The notes: a model not told the origin generated them from the sequence alone. 64,000 nt of DNA from Ferroacidibacillus organovorans (GCF_001642725.1 NZ_LSUQ01000002.1:1-64000); one strand, 5' to 3'; shown: positions 42,789 through 53,466, counted from the stretch's first letter. Translations and numbers: made by a program.

Positions 42789-43235
42789 CTACATGTGATT
42801 GATCCCGATGCCAAGCGCCTCATGCTCCCACCCTTTGACGGGCGCGCCGATCGTGCCATAAAAAGCGACGGCGATCCACTCCCCTTCGTCAGGCGACGCA
42901 TAGGGCCTCCCACGCACAATCGAAAAGCGCAGCCCCACCGTTCGCAACTGTGCCCCAAACGAGACGACGCCGCGCCCCACACCCAGTAACGCTTCCATAA
43001 TCGCGTGATACAGCGCGTGTTCCTCGCGATACCGCTCTGAACTGATGATTCCATTTTTCTTCGCCGCCGTCTCCACTGCCGCAACAATCTTTTGCGAATC
43101 CATCGTGCCCACTCTACCCAGGGCCACCGTAAAGCCGCTCTCATCAAGCGCTTTGAGCAGGCGATCCTGCTCCTCTCCCTCACCGGAGAGTACGAGTAGC
43201 ATCGCCGCTTTACCGATTTGATTTTTAGGAAACAT
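42789..43235 (-). CDS. hutP: Hut operon RNA-binding antiterminator HutP
   Basis: IGKAAMLL, G.VG.M, YREEHALYHA..EAL.G, LRTVGLRFSIVRG, YGTIGAP.KG.EHE..G.GINH. Confidence 0.95.
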   Translation of the reverse strand: MFPKNQIGKAAMLLVLSGEGEEQDRLLKALDESGFTVALGRVGTMDSQKIVAAVETAAKKNGIISSERYREEHALYHAIMEALLGVGRGVVSFGAQLRTVGLRFSIVRGRPYASPDEGEWIAVAFYGTIGAPVKGWEHEALGIGINHM

Positions 43236-43331
43236 CGCGCCCACCCCACTTGTCAATCCAAATCACGCCTATAGCTTACCACGAAGCGTCGCAGCGACGT
43301 TCCCTGCAGTTTTCTCATGTGACAATGATCC

Positions 43332-44819
43332 TCAGACAAACGATTGGCTGATCCAGTGGGCAAGACGCTCAATGTCTTCGGAATAGGCGCGATCCTGATC
43401 GATAAAAGGGACGCTCGCGCGAATCTGCTGATGCAGTTTGCGCGTTTTTGGCGCCAGTCGATCGACGCCGCGAAGATCGGCCGCCTGCGCGGCGCAAATT
43501 CCCTCGATGGCGAGCACCCGCCGAACATTATGGATGATCTGATGCGCGTGGCGTGCGCCGATCGTTCCCATACTCACGTGATCCTCCTGATTGGCCGAAG
43601 AGGGGATGGAATCCACGCTCGCCGGATGCGCCAACGTCTTGTTTTCTGATACCAACGATGCGGCAGCGTACTGTGTGATCATCAGTCCCGATTGAAGGCC
43701 TGGCTGTGGACTCAAAAAGGCTGGCAGATCATTTAGCTGCGGATTGACCAGACGCTCAATCCGGCGCTCGGAAATGTTGGCGAGCTCTGCCATCGCGATT
43801 CCGAGGAAATCCATCGCAAACGCGATGGGCTGCCCGTGGAAATTACCTCCGGATATCACGCGTCCAGTGTCTGAGAAAATGAGCGGGTTGTCGGTTGCAG
43901 CATTCATCTCAATGAGTAATTTCTCCTTGACATAAGTAAGTACCTGACGGATCGCTCCGTGCACCTGCGGAATACAGCGCAGCGAGTACGCATCCTGTAC
44001 GCGAATCTCTCCCTGTCTTGTCGTCAACTGGCTCCCTTCCACATATGAAAGCACCCGATCGGCAACCTCGCGCTGCTCAGGATAGGGGCGAACATCCTGC
44101 GCTTCTGGCGCGAACGCGTCAACGACACCGCGCAACGCCTCTAAAGTGAGCGCGGCGACGCCATCCGCAAATTCCGCCAGGCGCTCCGCCTCAAGGTAGG
44201 CGATCACGCCCACCGCGGTCATCGCCTGCGTGCCATTGATCAGCGCCAAACCTTCTTTTGCCTGCAGGCGAATCGGCGTCAGTCCCGCTTGCGAGAGCGC
44301 CTCCCCACCGCTCATCACTCTCCCGTCATAGTGCGCCTTGCCTTCGCCGATCAGCACGAGCGCCAAGTGAGCAAGCGGCGCCAGATCGCCACTCGCGCCG
44401 AGCGACCCTTGGCTCGGAATCACCGGATGGATTTGCTGGTTCAGGCAATCCACCAAGCGCTGCAATGTCTCTTTGCGACAGCCCGAGTAGCCTTTGGCAA
44501 GCGCGTTTGCGCGCAACAGCAGCATGGCGCGGCTGACTCTTTCTGAAAACGGATCGCCGATGCCACACGCGTGACTGCGGATCAGATTCAGTTGCAGCGC
44601 TTCAACGTCACCGACTGGAATCACAACGTCACTGAATTTGCCAAACCCTGTCGTGACACCATAGATCACGTTCCCCTCCGCGAGATTGCGCTCGACAACC
44701 GCTCTACTTTTCTCGATGTTTTGCCAGGCGTTCGGGTGAATCTCAACGGATTCAAAGTCGTACAGAACACGCGCCACCTGATCGAGGGTGAGTCCGTTTC
44801 CATCCAAATAAATCGTCAT
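43332..44819 (-). CDS. hutH: Histidine ammonia-lyase
   Basis: [17 protein letters not shown] (MIO), [32 protein letters not shown]. Confidence 0.97.
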   Translation of the reverse strand: MTIYLDGNGLTLDQVARVLYDFESVEIHPNAWQNIEKSRAVVERNLAEGNVIYGVTTGFGKFSDVVIPVGDVEALQLNLIRSHACGIGDPFSERVSRAMLLLRANALAKGYSGCRKETLQRLVDCLNQQIHPVIPSQGSLGASGDLAPLAHLALVLIGEGKAHYDGRVMSGGEALSQAGLTPIRLQAKEGLALINGTQAMTAVGVIAYLEAERLAEFADGVAALTLEALRGVVDAFAPEAQDVRPYPEQREVADRVLSYVEGSQLTTRQGEIRVQDAYSLRCIPQVHGAIRQVLTYVKEKLLIEMNAATDNPLIFSDTGRVISGGNFHGQPIAFAMDFLGIAMAELANISERRIERLVNPQLNDLPAFLSPQPGLQSGLMITQYAAASLVSENKTLAHPASVDSIPSSANQEDHVSMGTIGARHAHQIIHNVRRVLAIEGICAAQAADLRGVDRLAPKTRKLHQQIRASVPFIDQDRAYSEDIERLAHWISQSFV

Positions 44820-44871
44820 CTCGTCAACTCCTATTGGAATACCGTTCCGAAACAGCGCGCGTGCTATGCGT

Positions 44872-44951
44872 AAAAAGATAGAGAGGACTAGAGCAAGAAA
44901 CCGAAGTTTCCTACCCTAGCCCCCTACTCACACATCGCTATGGGCTGTTTT
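44872..44951 (-). terminator. HutP-dependent attenuator (UAG repeats plus terminator) in hutH leader
   Basis: Minus strand AAAACAGCCCATAG...TAGGGGGCTAGGGTAGGAAAC-TTCG-GTTTCTTGCTCTAGTCCTCT-CTATCTTTTT: 20-bp stem with G-U pairs, cUUCGg loop, five TAG triplets. Confidence 0.8.
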
Positions 44952-45001
44952 ATCTCATCGCGTTCATTTCACTCATGACTTGTGACTACCTACCTTGTTA
45001 A

Positions 45002-45030
45002 AACCTATGCCGCGCGCGGCGAATTGTCAA
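45002..45030 (-). promoter_or_regulatory. Putative sigma-A promoter for hutH
   Basis: TTGACA-N17-TAGGTT, the -35 overlapping the hutG stop codon. Confidence 0.6.
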
Positions 45031-45989
45031 ACGTTCGCACCTTTTGCGAGTGATTTTCCCGCTAAAAACGCCAAAAGGAGGTTTGTCGCCACACGCGTCG
45101 TAAAATCCCGCACGTCCTGCGCAGGATCGGCGCACACAAAATCAACGGCTTGAACGTTCGATTTTGCCCCGAGCCACTCCAGTGCCTCGAGCGCATCCCA
45201 GACCGTGAGACCACCCGGCCCCGGCGCCGGAACACCTGGCACGAAGCTCTGATCGAGCACATCCATGTCAAAGCTCACATACACGCCATCCGTCTCTTTG
45301 CTCACGTGAGCATACGCTTCTTCGAGCACCTGTGCGAGCCCCGTCCGAAACACCTGCCGCGCCGTCACAACCGTGACGCCTTCCTGCACAACATACGCGT
45401 GATACGCCTTTGCGTTCACGTAGTCGCGGATGCCGATTTGCACCACGTGTCTCCCGGCAATCGCGCCTGAGTCGAGCAATGTCCGAAACGGTGTGCCGTT
45501 GGAACGTCCGCCATCCTCCAGATTCCGCACGTCATGGTGCGCGTCAAAGTGAATGACCCCATACGTCCGCTTGGTGGCGCGCGTCAGTCCGAGCAGCGCA
45601 GCGCCTGTGATCGAGTGGTCACCGCCAAGTAGCACGAGCGGCTGTGCATGCGTCTCGCCATAAGAGTACACCGCATCTTCGATCCACTTCTGGCACAGTG
45701 CGAGATCCGTAAGATGCATCTGCACATTTCCGAGATCCGCAACGCGCAGTCGCTCGCTCAGATCCATTTGGTGATGGACACTGTACGGGCTGTAGCTGTG
45801 AAACAGCGCACGAATCGCGTCCGGAAGCCGGAAAGCGGCTGAGTGGCTGATCGATGTCTTACTGAGCGGCGCCCCGAGCAAGGCGATGTCAAACCTGCTC
45901 GCGCTGTCATACGGAAACACCCAATCCGCGACCTTCGGGTCAAGGCGATCGCGAAATCGCGAAAATGGAGGTTCAACACGTTGTATCAA
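45027..45989 (-). CDS. hutG: Formimidoylglutamase (arginase/agmatinase family)
   Basis: GGDHS, FDAHHD, SNGTPF, SFDMD; TTG 45989 overlaps hutI stop with GGAAAGGTGG RBS. Confidence 0.88.
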   Translation of the reverse strand: MIQRVEPPFSRFRDRLDPKVADWVFPYDSASRFDIALLGAPLSKTSISHSAAFRLPDAIRALFHSYSPYSVHHQMDLSERLRVADLGNVQMHLTDLALCQKWIEDAVYSYGETHAQPLVLLGGDHSITGAALLGLTRATKRTYGVIHFDAHHDVRNLEDGGRSNGTPFRTLLDSGAIAGRHVVQIGIRDYVNAKAYHAYVVQEGVTVVTARQVFRTGLAQVLEEAYAHVSKETDGVYVSFDMDVLDQSFVPGVPAPGPGGLTVWDALEALEWLGAKSNVQAVDFVCADPAQDVRDFTTRVATNLLLAFLAGKSLAKGANV

Positions 45990-47272
45990 AAGGGTACCAC
46001 CTTTCCATCTGTGACGACGATTCTCCCTTTTTTCACCACCGTATCGACGTGATTGATCCCAAAGTGATACGGAAGGTAGGCGAGATTTGGCGCGTGATAA
46101 AGGACAAGATCCGCCTGCTTGCCAACTTCCAGGCTGCCAATCTGATCCGCCCGTCCGATCGCGTGCGCCGCGTTGATTGTAAGCGCCGTGATTACCTCTT
46201 CTGGCGTCATCCGCAGATGAAGACACGCCAAGGTCATCACAAGTTGGAGTGACTCCGTCGGCGAACTCCCCGGGTTATAGTCGGTCGAAAGTGCGACTGA
46301 CACGCCCATCTCAATCATCGCGCGCGCCCGCGCGTGATTGGCCACACGCAGGTTAAACGAGGTGGCCGGCAGACAGACGGCGACGACACCCGCGCGCGCC
46401 ATCGCGTTCAGTCCTTCGTCAGTCGCCGCCAGCAGGTGTTCCGCAGAGATACAACCAAGCTCCGCCGCCAGTTCCGCGCCGCCCATCGATTCAATCTCGT
46501 CTGCGTGGATTTTCAGCCCGAACCCAAGCGTGCGCGCCGCGCGCAGGATCGCACGTGACTGCTCCACGGTGAACACGCCGTGCTCGCAAAACACGTCACA
46601 AAACTCCGCGAGGCCAAGCCGTTTGATCTCGGGAAGCATCGTGTCGATCACGGTCGACACATACGCGTCCGCGCGCTCCTTGTACTCAGTAGGCACCGCG
46701 TGCGCGCCCATGAATGTTGACACCACGTCGACCGCGTGCGTCTCTTGCAAACGCTTTGCGACGCGCAGTTGTTTCAGTTCATCCTCGAGCGTGAGGCCAT
46801 ACCCACTTTTCGCCTCGACCGTCGTCGCGCCATAAAGCAGCATCGTGTCAAGACTCTTTTTTGCCTTCACATAGAGTTCATCCTCTGTCGCCGCGCGCGT
46901 CATTTCCACCGTGCTAAGGATTCCTCCGCCTTGCGCCAGAATCTCTAAGTAGGTTACACCCCGTAACTTTAGCGCAAGCTCGTGCTCCCGCGATCCGCCG
47001 TGCACGAGGTGTGTGTGCGGATCGATAAGACCTGGCGTCACCAGCCGCCCCTGCGCGTCCAGTTCTTGCAAAATCGCGCGCCCTGCGATCTGATCGCGCA
47101 CATCCTCCTCGCGCCCTGCCGCGAGGATCAAGCCATCGCCAATCGCCACGGCGCCGCCTGCGACCGCGCCGATTTCTGCCATGCTCGCACCTGAGCGCGG
47201 ACCTGGCCCTCCGCGCATCGTGATCAGCGTCCCGACATTGTGCACCAGCAGGTCCACTGCGCCTTCTGCCAC
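45986..47272 (-). CDS. hutI: Imidazolonepropionase
   Basis: PGLIDPHTH, GGGILSTV, KSGYGL, GAHA, DVFCE, HADE, TDYNPGS; RBS before GTG 47272. Confidence 0.95.
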   Translation of the reverse strand: MAEGAVDLLVHNVGTLITMRGGPGPRSGASMAEIGAVAGGAVAIGDGLILAAGREEDVRDQIAGRAILQELDAQGRLVTPGLIDPHTHLVHGGSREHELALKLRGVTYLEILAQGGGILSTVEMTRAATEDELYVKAKKSLDTMLLYGATTVEAKSGYGLTLEDELKQLRVAKRLQETHAVDVVSTFMGAHAVPTEYKERADAYVSTVIDTMLPEIKRLGLAEFCDVFCEHGVFTVEQSRAILRAARTLGFGLKIHADEIESMGGAELAAELGCISAEHLLAATDEGLNAMARAGVVAVCLPATSFNLRVANHARARAMIEMGVSVALSTDYNPGSSPTESLQLVMTLACLHLRMTPEEVITALTINAAHAIGRADQIGSLEVGKQADLVLYHAPNLAYLPYHFGINHVDTVVKKGRIVVTDGKVVPF

Positions 47273-47288
47273 GTTCTTCCCTCCCGTC

Positions 47289-48962
47289 TCAGATCCCAAG
47301 CATTGGAACGCGCACCCCACGCTCCTTTGCCACGTCGATCGCCTTCTCGTACCCAGCGTCCGCATGCCGGATGATCCCCATGCCAGGGTCTGTCGTCAAC
47401 ACGCGCGACAATCGTTCGTCCGCCTCATCGGTTCCATCGGCCACGACCACCATTCCGGCGTGCAGCGAATAACCCATCCCGACGCCCCCGCCGTGGTGAA
47501 ACGAGACCCAACTCGCGCCAGAAGCGGTGTTCACAAGTGCGTTCAAAACGGCCCAGTCGGCCACCGCGTCGCTGCCATCCTTCATCGCCTCTGTTTCACG
47601 ATTGGGCGAGGCGACCGATCCGCAGTCCAGATGGTCGCGGCCAATCACGATCGGGGCCAGCAACTCGCCATTTCGCACCATCTCGTTGATCGCGAGACCA
47701 AACTTCATCCGCTCGCCATAGCCAAGCCAGCAGATTCGGGCTGGCAGTCCCTGAAACGCCACTTTTTCACGAGCGAGCTTGATCCAACGGTGAAGCGCCT
47801 CATTCTCAGGAAAGAGCTTTAGCACCAATTCATCCGTTTTTTCGATATCGCGCGGGTCGCCAGAAAGTGCCGCCCAACGAAACGGCCCTTTGCCCTCGCA
47901 AAAAAGCGGTCGAATGTACGCGGGAACAAAGCCTGGAAAAGAAAACGCGTCCTGCACGCCTTCGTCAAACGCCACCTGCCGGATGTTATTGCCATAGTCA
48001 AAAACGACCGAACCCATCCTCTTGAAATCAAGCATCGCCTGCACGTGCGTTGCCATCGCCTTTTTCGCGAGCGCCACATATGCTTTTGGGTCGCTTTTGC
48101 GAAGTTCTGCCGCCGCGTCAAGCGTATATCCGACAGGAATGTAGCCGTTGAGTGGATCGTGCGCCGACGTTTGATCTGTCACAAAATCCGGCACAATACC
48201 GCGGCGAACCATCTCCGGCAAAACTTCAGCCGCGTTGCCGACAAGTCCGATTGAGAGCGGCTCCCCTCTCTCCTGTGCGGCGCGCGCGCGCGAAAGCGCC
48301 TCATCCAGATCATGCACAAGCACGTCACAGTAGCGCGTCTCGACACGACGCTTGATGCGCGACGGGTCGATCTCAACCCCGATGAACACACCTTCATTCA
48401 TGGTGACGGCAAGCGGTTGCGCGCCGCCCATTCCGCCAAGTCCGGCGCTCAGCGTAAGCGTCCCTCTAAGCGTGCCCCCGCTGTGCTGGCGCGCCGCTTC
48501 CGCGAATGTCTCGTAAGTGCCTTGGAGGATGCCTTGACTACCAATATAGATCCAGCTTCCCGCGGTCATCTGGCCGAACATGATGAGTCCCTTTTGATCC
48601 AATTCGTGAAACGTCTCCCAGTTCGCGAATGCCGGCACCAACACGGAATTCGAAAGGAGCACGCGCGGCGCGTGGCGGTGCGTGCGAAAGACGCCCACCG
48701 GTTTCCCAGATTGGATCAAGAGGGTTTCATCCGCCTCAAGATCGCGCAGGCACTCCACAATCTTGTCAAAGCTTGCCCAGTTTCGCGCGGCTTTTCCAAT
48801 TCCGCCGTACACGACGAGATCTTCGGGGCGTTCCGCCACCTCCGGGTCAAGGTTGTTCATCAGCATCCGCAATACCGCCTCTTGCTGCCAGCCTTTTGCG
48901 CTGATCTCCGTTCCGCGCGGCGCTCGAATGACGCGCGCTGTCGATGTCAATCCATCACTCAT
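47289..48962 (-). CDS. hutU: Urocanate hydratase
   Basis: [54 protein letters not shown] before ATG 48962. Confidence 0.97.
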   Translation of the reverse strand: MSDGLTSTARVIRAPRGTEISAKGWQQEAVLRMLMNNLDPEVAERPEDLVVYGGIGKAARNWASFDKIVECLRDLEADETLLIQSGKPVGVFRTHRHAPRVLLSNSVLVPAFANWETFHELDQKGLIMFGQMTAGSWIYIGSQGILQGTYETFAEAARQHSGGTLRGTLTLSAGLGGMGGAQPLAVTMNEGVFIGVEIDPSRIKRRVETRYCDVLVHDLDEALSRARAAQERGEPLSIGLVGNAAEVLPEMVRRGIVPDFVTDQTSAHDPLNGYIPVGYTLDAAAELRKSDPKAYVALAKKAMATHVQAMLDFKRMGSVVFDYGNNIRQVAFDEGVQDAFSFPGFVPAYIRPLFCEGKGPFRWAALSGDPRDIEKTDELVLKLFPENEALHRWIKLAREKVAFQGLPARICWLGYGERMKFGLAINEMVRNGELLAPIVIGRDHLDCGSVASPNRETEAMKDGSDAVADWAVLNALVNTASGASWVSFHHGGGVGMGYSLHAGMVVVADGTDEADERLSRVLTTDPGMGIIRHADAGYEKAIDVAKERGVRVPMLGI

Positions 48963-49007
48963 GTCTTCCGTCTCCTTTGCCATGCGAACGTATAATCCCA
49001 TCGTACG

Positions 49008-49021
49008 CGGAAACGCTTACA
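49008..49021 (-). promoter_or_regulatory. cre-like site upstream of hutU
   Basis: TGTAAGCGTTTCCG, one terminal mismatch to cre consensus. Confidence 0.55.
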
Positions 49022-49075
49022 CAAAAACGGTCGCGGATTGTTCTTTCCTAGCACAATCTTGCGGTCGTTCACGTC

Positions 49076-50278
49076 TCAGACCGCGTGCGCAGCCCGATAC
49101 GCTTTGGGCGTACAGCCGTATTCCTTTTTGAACATCCTGCCAAAATAGTTTGCGTCAGAAAACCCCGCAAGCGTTGCGATCTGTTGCAGGGAGAGGGTCG
49201 AGGAGGTGAGATAAAAAGCGGCTTTTTCAAGTCGAATGCGGCGAACGTAGTCCATCACGCTAAGGCCTACCTCCTGCTTGAAGCGATGGCTGAGATGATA
49301 CTTGCTAAGACACGCCACCTTTGCAATCTGATCAAGGGTCAAGGGGTCCTGGTGGTGGTGATGGATATACTGAAGCGCATCGCGAATCACTGGCGAACAC
49401 GCCGACATTCGCGAAGTGTCAACACGTGACGTAAGCCACTGCGCATACGCCAGGACATGGCCGACAAACGTGTCGTAGCGAATGGTCTGATAGAGGTCGT
49501 GGACAAACCGGGCATTCTTTGAGAGGATTTCCGCCGCGCTGATCCCCGCGTTAACGACCTCTCGCGACATCTGCATCAGCAGATCAATGACTTCCGATTT
49601 GAAGCCCTCAACCTTCCTCTGGCAATCCTCCGCCAGTCGCAAAAGGATCATCGGCACCAAGACGCTGACGCCGCGCACATCCCCAAGCTTTACGCGCGCG
49701 ATCAATTCGAGCTTTTCTTCCGCGCGCAATGGATTTGGCACAACGCCAACATCCTGTACGTCGCACGCGCGGTAAAGCTGCTGATTGCCCTGAAAGAATC
49801 GCCCGCTCATCGCGCGCAGCGCTTCTTGATACGCGCGACGCAATTGAAGTGGCTCCGCGCAGAGCGCGCTGATGCCGATTGACACAGCGAGATCACGCGC
49901 TGCAAGCGCATGCTGAAGTAGCTTTGCAGTCTGTGTCACGCGTGCCTCGGTATGAAGGAGCTGCGATCCGCACGCGTGATCCATCTGAAAAAGCACCACG
50001 AGCACGCCTTCTTCTGTCCAGATGCAGGTGGTTGGCACGCCTTCGCGCGCCATGGTGTTAGCAACCGTCTCGCGCAGCGCGTGACCGACCTCTTTAGGCC
50101 ACGAAGGCGGATACTCGTTGACTCGCTGTGGGTAGCGGTCGATCGACACGATGAAGATCCCGTTTGGGCAAAGCGAGATGCCACACGCTTCTTGCAGCTT
50201 TGCGAAGTCCCCTTCGTGAACAAACGTTCCTGAGATCAACCCGTGCGCAAACGCAATCTCCGCGTGACGCATCTCCAC
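49076..50278 (-). CDS. AraC-family regulator with CdaR/GGDEF-like sensor region
   Basis: VSIGIS...AYQEA.RA segment; C-terminal double HTH ending GFSDANYFGRMFKK.YG.TP..YR. Confidence 0.9.
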   Translation of the reverse strand: MEMRHAEIAFAHGLISGTFVHEGDFAKLQEACGISLCPNGIFIVSIDRYPQRVNEYPPSWPKEVGHALRETVANTMAREGVPTTCIWTEEGVLVVLFQMDHACGSQLLHTEARVTQTAKLLQHALAARDLAVSIGISALCAEPLQLRRAYQEALRAMSGRFFQGNQQLYRACDVQDVGVVPNPLRAEEKLELIARVKLGDVRGVSVLVPMILLRLAEDCQRKVEGFKSEVIDLLMQMSREVVNAGISAAEILSKNARFVHDLYQTIRYDTFVGHVLAYAQWLTSRVDTSRMSACSPVIRDALQYIHHHHQDPLTLDQIAKVACLSKYHLSHRFKQEVGLSVMDYVRRIRLEKAAFYLTSSTLSLQQIATLAGFSDANYFGRMFKKEYGCTPKAYRAAHAV

Positions 50279-50327
50279 GTTTCAACACCTCTGCTGTTCG
50301 ACCTATTCGCGGCGCAAGCGTTTGCCT

Positions 50328-50795
50328 TCAATCCCCCTTTTTCTGCGGCGGCTGGTATGTTCCCGGCAGGGCGCCTGTCGCGATGGACAAACGATTCCAA
50401 CTGTTGATCGTGTTGATCGCCATGACGAGCTGGATGTACTGTTTCTCGCTAAAGTGTTCGCGCACGCGCGCAAAGAGTTCATCCGACACGTGATGCGTCG
50501 AGATCTGCGTGAGCGTTTCCGTCAGTTCCAGCGCTGCCCGCTCGGCGTCGGAGTAAAACGGGGATTCGCGCCAGGCGTTTAGCAGATAGAGGCGCTGCTC
50601 GGTCTCTTCCCCCGCGCGCGCATCGATCGTGTGCATGTCGATGCAAAACGCGCAGCCATTGATTTGAGAGGCGCGAATTTTGACCAGTTCGAGCATCTTG
50701 GGATCAAGCCCGCTCTGGCGGACATAACGTTCCAGATGCATCATGGCGTTCCTGACGTCCGGATCAACCTGTGCATAATTCATGCGTGGTTCCAT
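50328..50795 (-). CDS. Carboxymuconolactone decarboxylase/AhpD family protein (YdfG-like)
   Basis: ELVKIRASQINGCAFCIDMH, WRES, ERAAL, INSWNR. Confidence 0.92.
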   Translation of the reverse strand: MEPRMNYAQVDPDVRNAMMHLERYVRQSGLDPKMLELVKIRASQINGCAFCIDMHTIDARAGEETEQRLYLLNAWRESPFYSDAERAALELTETLTQISTHHVSDELFARVREHFSEKQYIQLVMAINTINSWNRLSIATGALPGTYQPPQKKGD

Positions 50796-50938
50796 GGCAA
50801 AGACCCCCCCGTGCGAATTTGGTATGATAGACAGCGCAACCGTCACGCGAAAAGGGCGCTCGGCGCCGTTTCGCGAAGTATCATCCTATTATGACACAAC
50901 CATAATGACACTGTACCATCGATCAGGGGGAATGAACC

Positions 50939-51502
50939 GTGGAGAATCAGCGCTCGGCGCTGCTCGTGATGGACCTGCAAAACGGAATTGTTTCGCGTTT
51001 TGCGCAGAGTGACGAAGTGTTGGCACCGTTTGCAAAAGCTGTCGCAGCCGCGCGGCAGGCAAAGATGCCTGTCATCTACGTGCGCGTAGCGTTTCGCGAA
51101 GGCTATCCAGAGGTGAGTGCGCGCAACAAGTCGTTCGCGGCGATTGCGGGCCACGGTGGAATGACCGAAGGGGATGCGGCAACACAGATCCATGCGTCAG
51201 TTGCGCCGCGCCAGGATGAACCGATCGTCACAAAACGACGCGTGAGCGCGTTTGCCGGAAGTGATCTCGATGTGATCTTGCGCGCGCGACGGATTGACAC
51301 GCTTGTCCTGTGCGGGATCGCCACGAGCGGCGTCGTCCTCTCCACCGTGCGAGAGGCGGCAGATATGGACTTCGGGCTGATCGTACTCTCTGACGCGTGC
51401 CTCGACGCCGACCCTGAGGTGCATCGTGTTCTCGTGGAAAAGGTGTTTCCGCGACAGGCGGACGTCTTGTGTGTCGACGAGTGGATCGCGACGCTTACCT
51501 AA
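50939..51502 (+). CDS. Isochorismatase-family hydrolase
   Basis: ALLVMDLQ, KRRVSAF.GSDL, GIATSGVVLST.REA.D. Confidence 0.9.
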   Translation: MENQRSALLVMDLQNGIVSRFAQSDEVLAPFAKAVAAARQAKMPVIYVRVAFREGYPEVSARNKSFAAIAGHGGMTEGDAATQIHASVAPRQDEPIVTKRRVSAFAGSDLDVILRARRIDTLVLCGIATSGVVLSTVREAADMDFGLIVLSDACLDADPEVHRVLVEKVFPRQADVLCVDEWIATLT

Positions 51503-52493
51503 GCGACTCTTCTTCGAGCCATGTGCGCATCATGGCGCGATAGTGAACGGTGGGACCGTCTGAGCGGACGTGCGCCTCACGGTGCAGATCATAAGGCGGC
51601 GCCACGGGCCGGATGCTCTCGATGATCGCCTGATCTTGCCCCATCACAAAGCGTGTGTGGCTTAGATGAAACTCGTCAAGGAGTGGCGAGTCCATGTCAA
51701 AATTGCGCGCGACCGCTCCAAAGATCTCGGTCGTTTGCGTATCGCACGGCGTAAACGTGAGGAACGTGCACATCGCATTTCCATCCCCCATTGGGGTGCG
51801 GATGATCCAGAGGTTTGGCGCGCGCAGTTCGATTTCTGTGCGCTCATCTTCTGTTTCAACGGCTTCCACAGGTTCCATCGGATGGACAGGGGCAAACGGT
51901 TTGGGGTGAATGAGGATGCGGTTAGACGTCAACGCGTACTCAGGGCCATCCACCTCTGGGTTCACACCTGCGCCTGTCGTTTGCGGGTGGACAAACGGCA
52001 GATGGGAGACATCGAGAACGCTTTCCACGACCCGCACGAAATGCGCATGCCACGTCGCCCGAAACGGCGTGCGCGTCCAGTTATCCGAACACAGTTCCGG
52101 AAACAAGTCAGGCTCCGTTGAAGCGTCCATATCCACACGTTTCGGCGCTGTGTAAAGCCACACCCATTCCGCTTTCTCGCACGCTTCGTAGGTCGCGCGC
52201 GCCGCATTTTTCGGCACATCCCAAACACCACGATTCGCAGGCACGCGCGTGCAGCGTCCGTCGCGGTCAAAGCGCCAGCCGTGAAAAGGGCAGATGAGTT
52301 CGGCGCCTTCCACCGTCCCCAGCGACAGGTCACACCCGCGATGCGGGCAGTAGGCATCCCCGGCGCAGACCATCCCCTTCTCATCCCGGTAGAGAACATA
52401 ATCCTGCCCGTGAATTGTCACCTTCATCGGTTTTGTTGTCAGGTTTTCTCGCTGCGTCACAGCGTACCAGGCACCTCGAATCACATCGCTCAC
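51495..52493 (-). CDS. Rieske non-heme iron oxygenase subunit (VanA-like)
   Basis: CPHRG...CPFHGW Rieske motif, E..LD.SH..FVH iron site, QD near C-terminus. Confidence 0.9.
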   Translation of the reverse strand: MSDVIRGAWYAVTQRENLTTKPMKVTIHGQDYVLYRDEKGMVCAGDAYCPHRGCDLSLGTVEGAELICPFHGWRFDRDGRCTRVPANRGVWDVPKNAARATYEACEKAEWVWLYTAPKRVDMDASTEPDLFPELCSDNWTRTPFRATWHAHFVRVVESVLDVSHLPFVHPQTTGAGVNPEVDGPEYALTSNRILIHPKPFAPVHPMEPVEAVETEDERTEIELRAPNLWIIRTPMGDGNAMCTFLTFTPCDTQTTEIFGAVARNFDMDSPLLDEFHLSHTRFVMGQDQAIIESIRPVAPPYDLHREAHVRSDGPTVHYRAMMRTWLEEESLR

Positions 52494-52590
52494 CCCGCAA
52501 GATCACTCAGCCAAATCCTTTCTTTATCGTATGGCGAGTACGCGATAAACTCCCGCGGCAAGTACCCATTGCAACCACAAAACGCTGAGA

Positions 52591-53466
52591 TCAATCAACT
52601 TGTGCCATTGCGTTTCGATGGAAGCGAACCGAAAGCCAACGCGCGGTTAGCACGACAAACAAGAGGACAAGCAATCTGGATGCCACGCTTAGAAGAATGA
52701 TATGATTTGGAGATTCGAGTGGTGGGGGATTCTTGAATAGTAGATCATGGAAAGTTCGCCACAGTAAAAATTTCACTGTATCTCGCACCACAGGCCACAC
52801 GCTTATCGCAATAGAGTAAATCAAAGGTACGGCGCTGCTCCACACATTTTTTGTCCAGCCAAATAAGACTAAACCAAATCCATAAAGCGTGATCAAACCA
52901 AAGAAACTCTCGTAAACAACTCTGAAGTAAGGTGAGGTATACAAAAACCAACTCGGCAATAAAATATTTCCCAAAATGGATGGTTGATTGGTAGATGCTG
53001 ACGGTTCCATAAGCGCAAAAATGGATCGATCATGGGATTGAAGATAAGCAATACAAAAGGGTATCAAGCCAACGTACAACGCCCATCGATCTTTACGTTT
53101 TCTCGTAGTACTAAACATGATTGACAATATAGCAAGACAGAGCATAAGCGAAGGAGAAAACAGTGGCACGCGCGGCGTGAGAATTACAAAAATAAAGAAT
53201 AATACAACAAAGAGGCTCGCAATTCGCACAATCCAAGCACTGGACATGCCAAACGCACTCGCCGTCAATTGTCTGCGAAGTTTTGAAGGATTTCCACACT
53301 GTTGGATGGCTATCTCCAACGCATCTGGTTGGCTGAAACCTCGCGACATAAAATCTTCTACGGTTTCTTCAAGATGTACCCTCAACTCATCCGCTCGATC
53401 CTGCCGCTCGCGTTTGCTGAAGAAACTCCAATAAAAAACTCGCTCAAGATAATCATCAATTTTCAC
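52591..53466 (-). CDS. Membrane protein with N-terminal permease-prefix/HAAS-like domain
   Basis: IDDYL...ELRVHLEE.....G.S...A...AI...GNP then about 6 TMs; GTGA overlap with PadR. Confidence 0.78.
   Translation of the reverse strand: MKIDDYLERVFYWSFFSKRERQDRADELRVHLEETVEDFMSRGFSQPDALEIAIQQCGNPSKLRRQLTASAFGMSSAWIVRIASLFVVLFFIFVILTPRVPLFSPSLMLCLAILSIMFSTTRKRKDRWALYVGLIPFCIAYLQSHDRSIFALMEPSASTNQPSILGNILLPSWFLYTSPYFRVVYESFFGLITLYGFGLVLFGWTKNVWSSAVPLIYSIAISVWPVVRDTVKFLLWRTFHDLLFKNPPPLESPNHIILLSVASRLLVLLFVVLTARWLSVRFHRNAMAQVD

Noticed and set aside
42767..43249. 160-aa same-strand ORF overlapping hutP
   Set aside because: Alternative frame with no motif; the hutP frame is clearly the real one
45990..46226. 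Long N-terminal extension of hutG overlapping hutI
   Set aside because: TTG 45989 with RBS coupled to the hutI stop explains the gene
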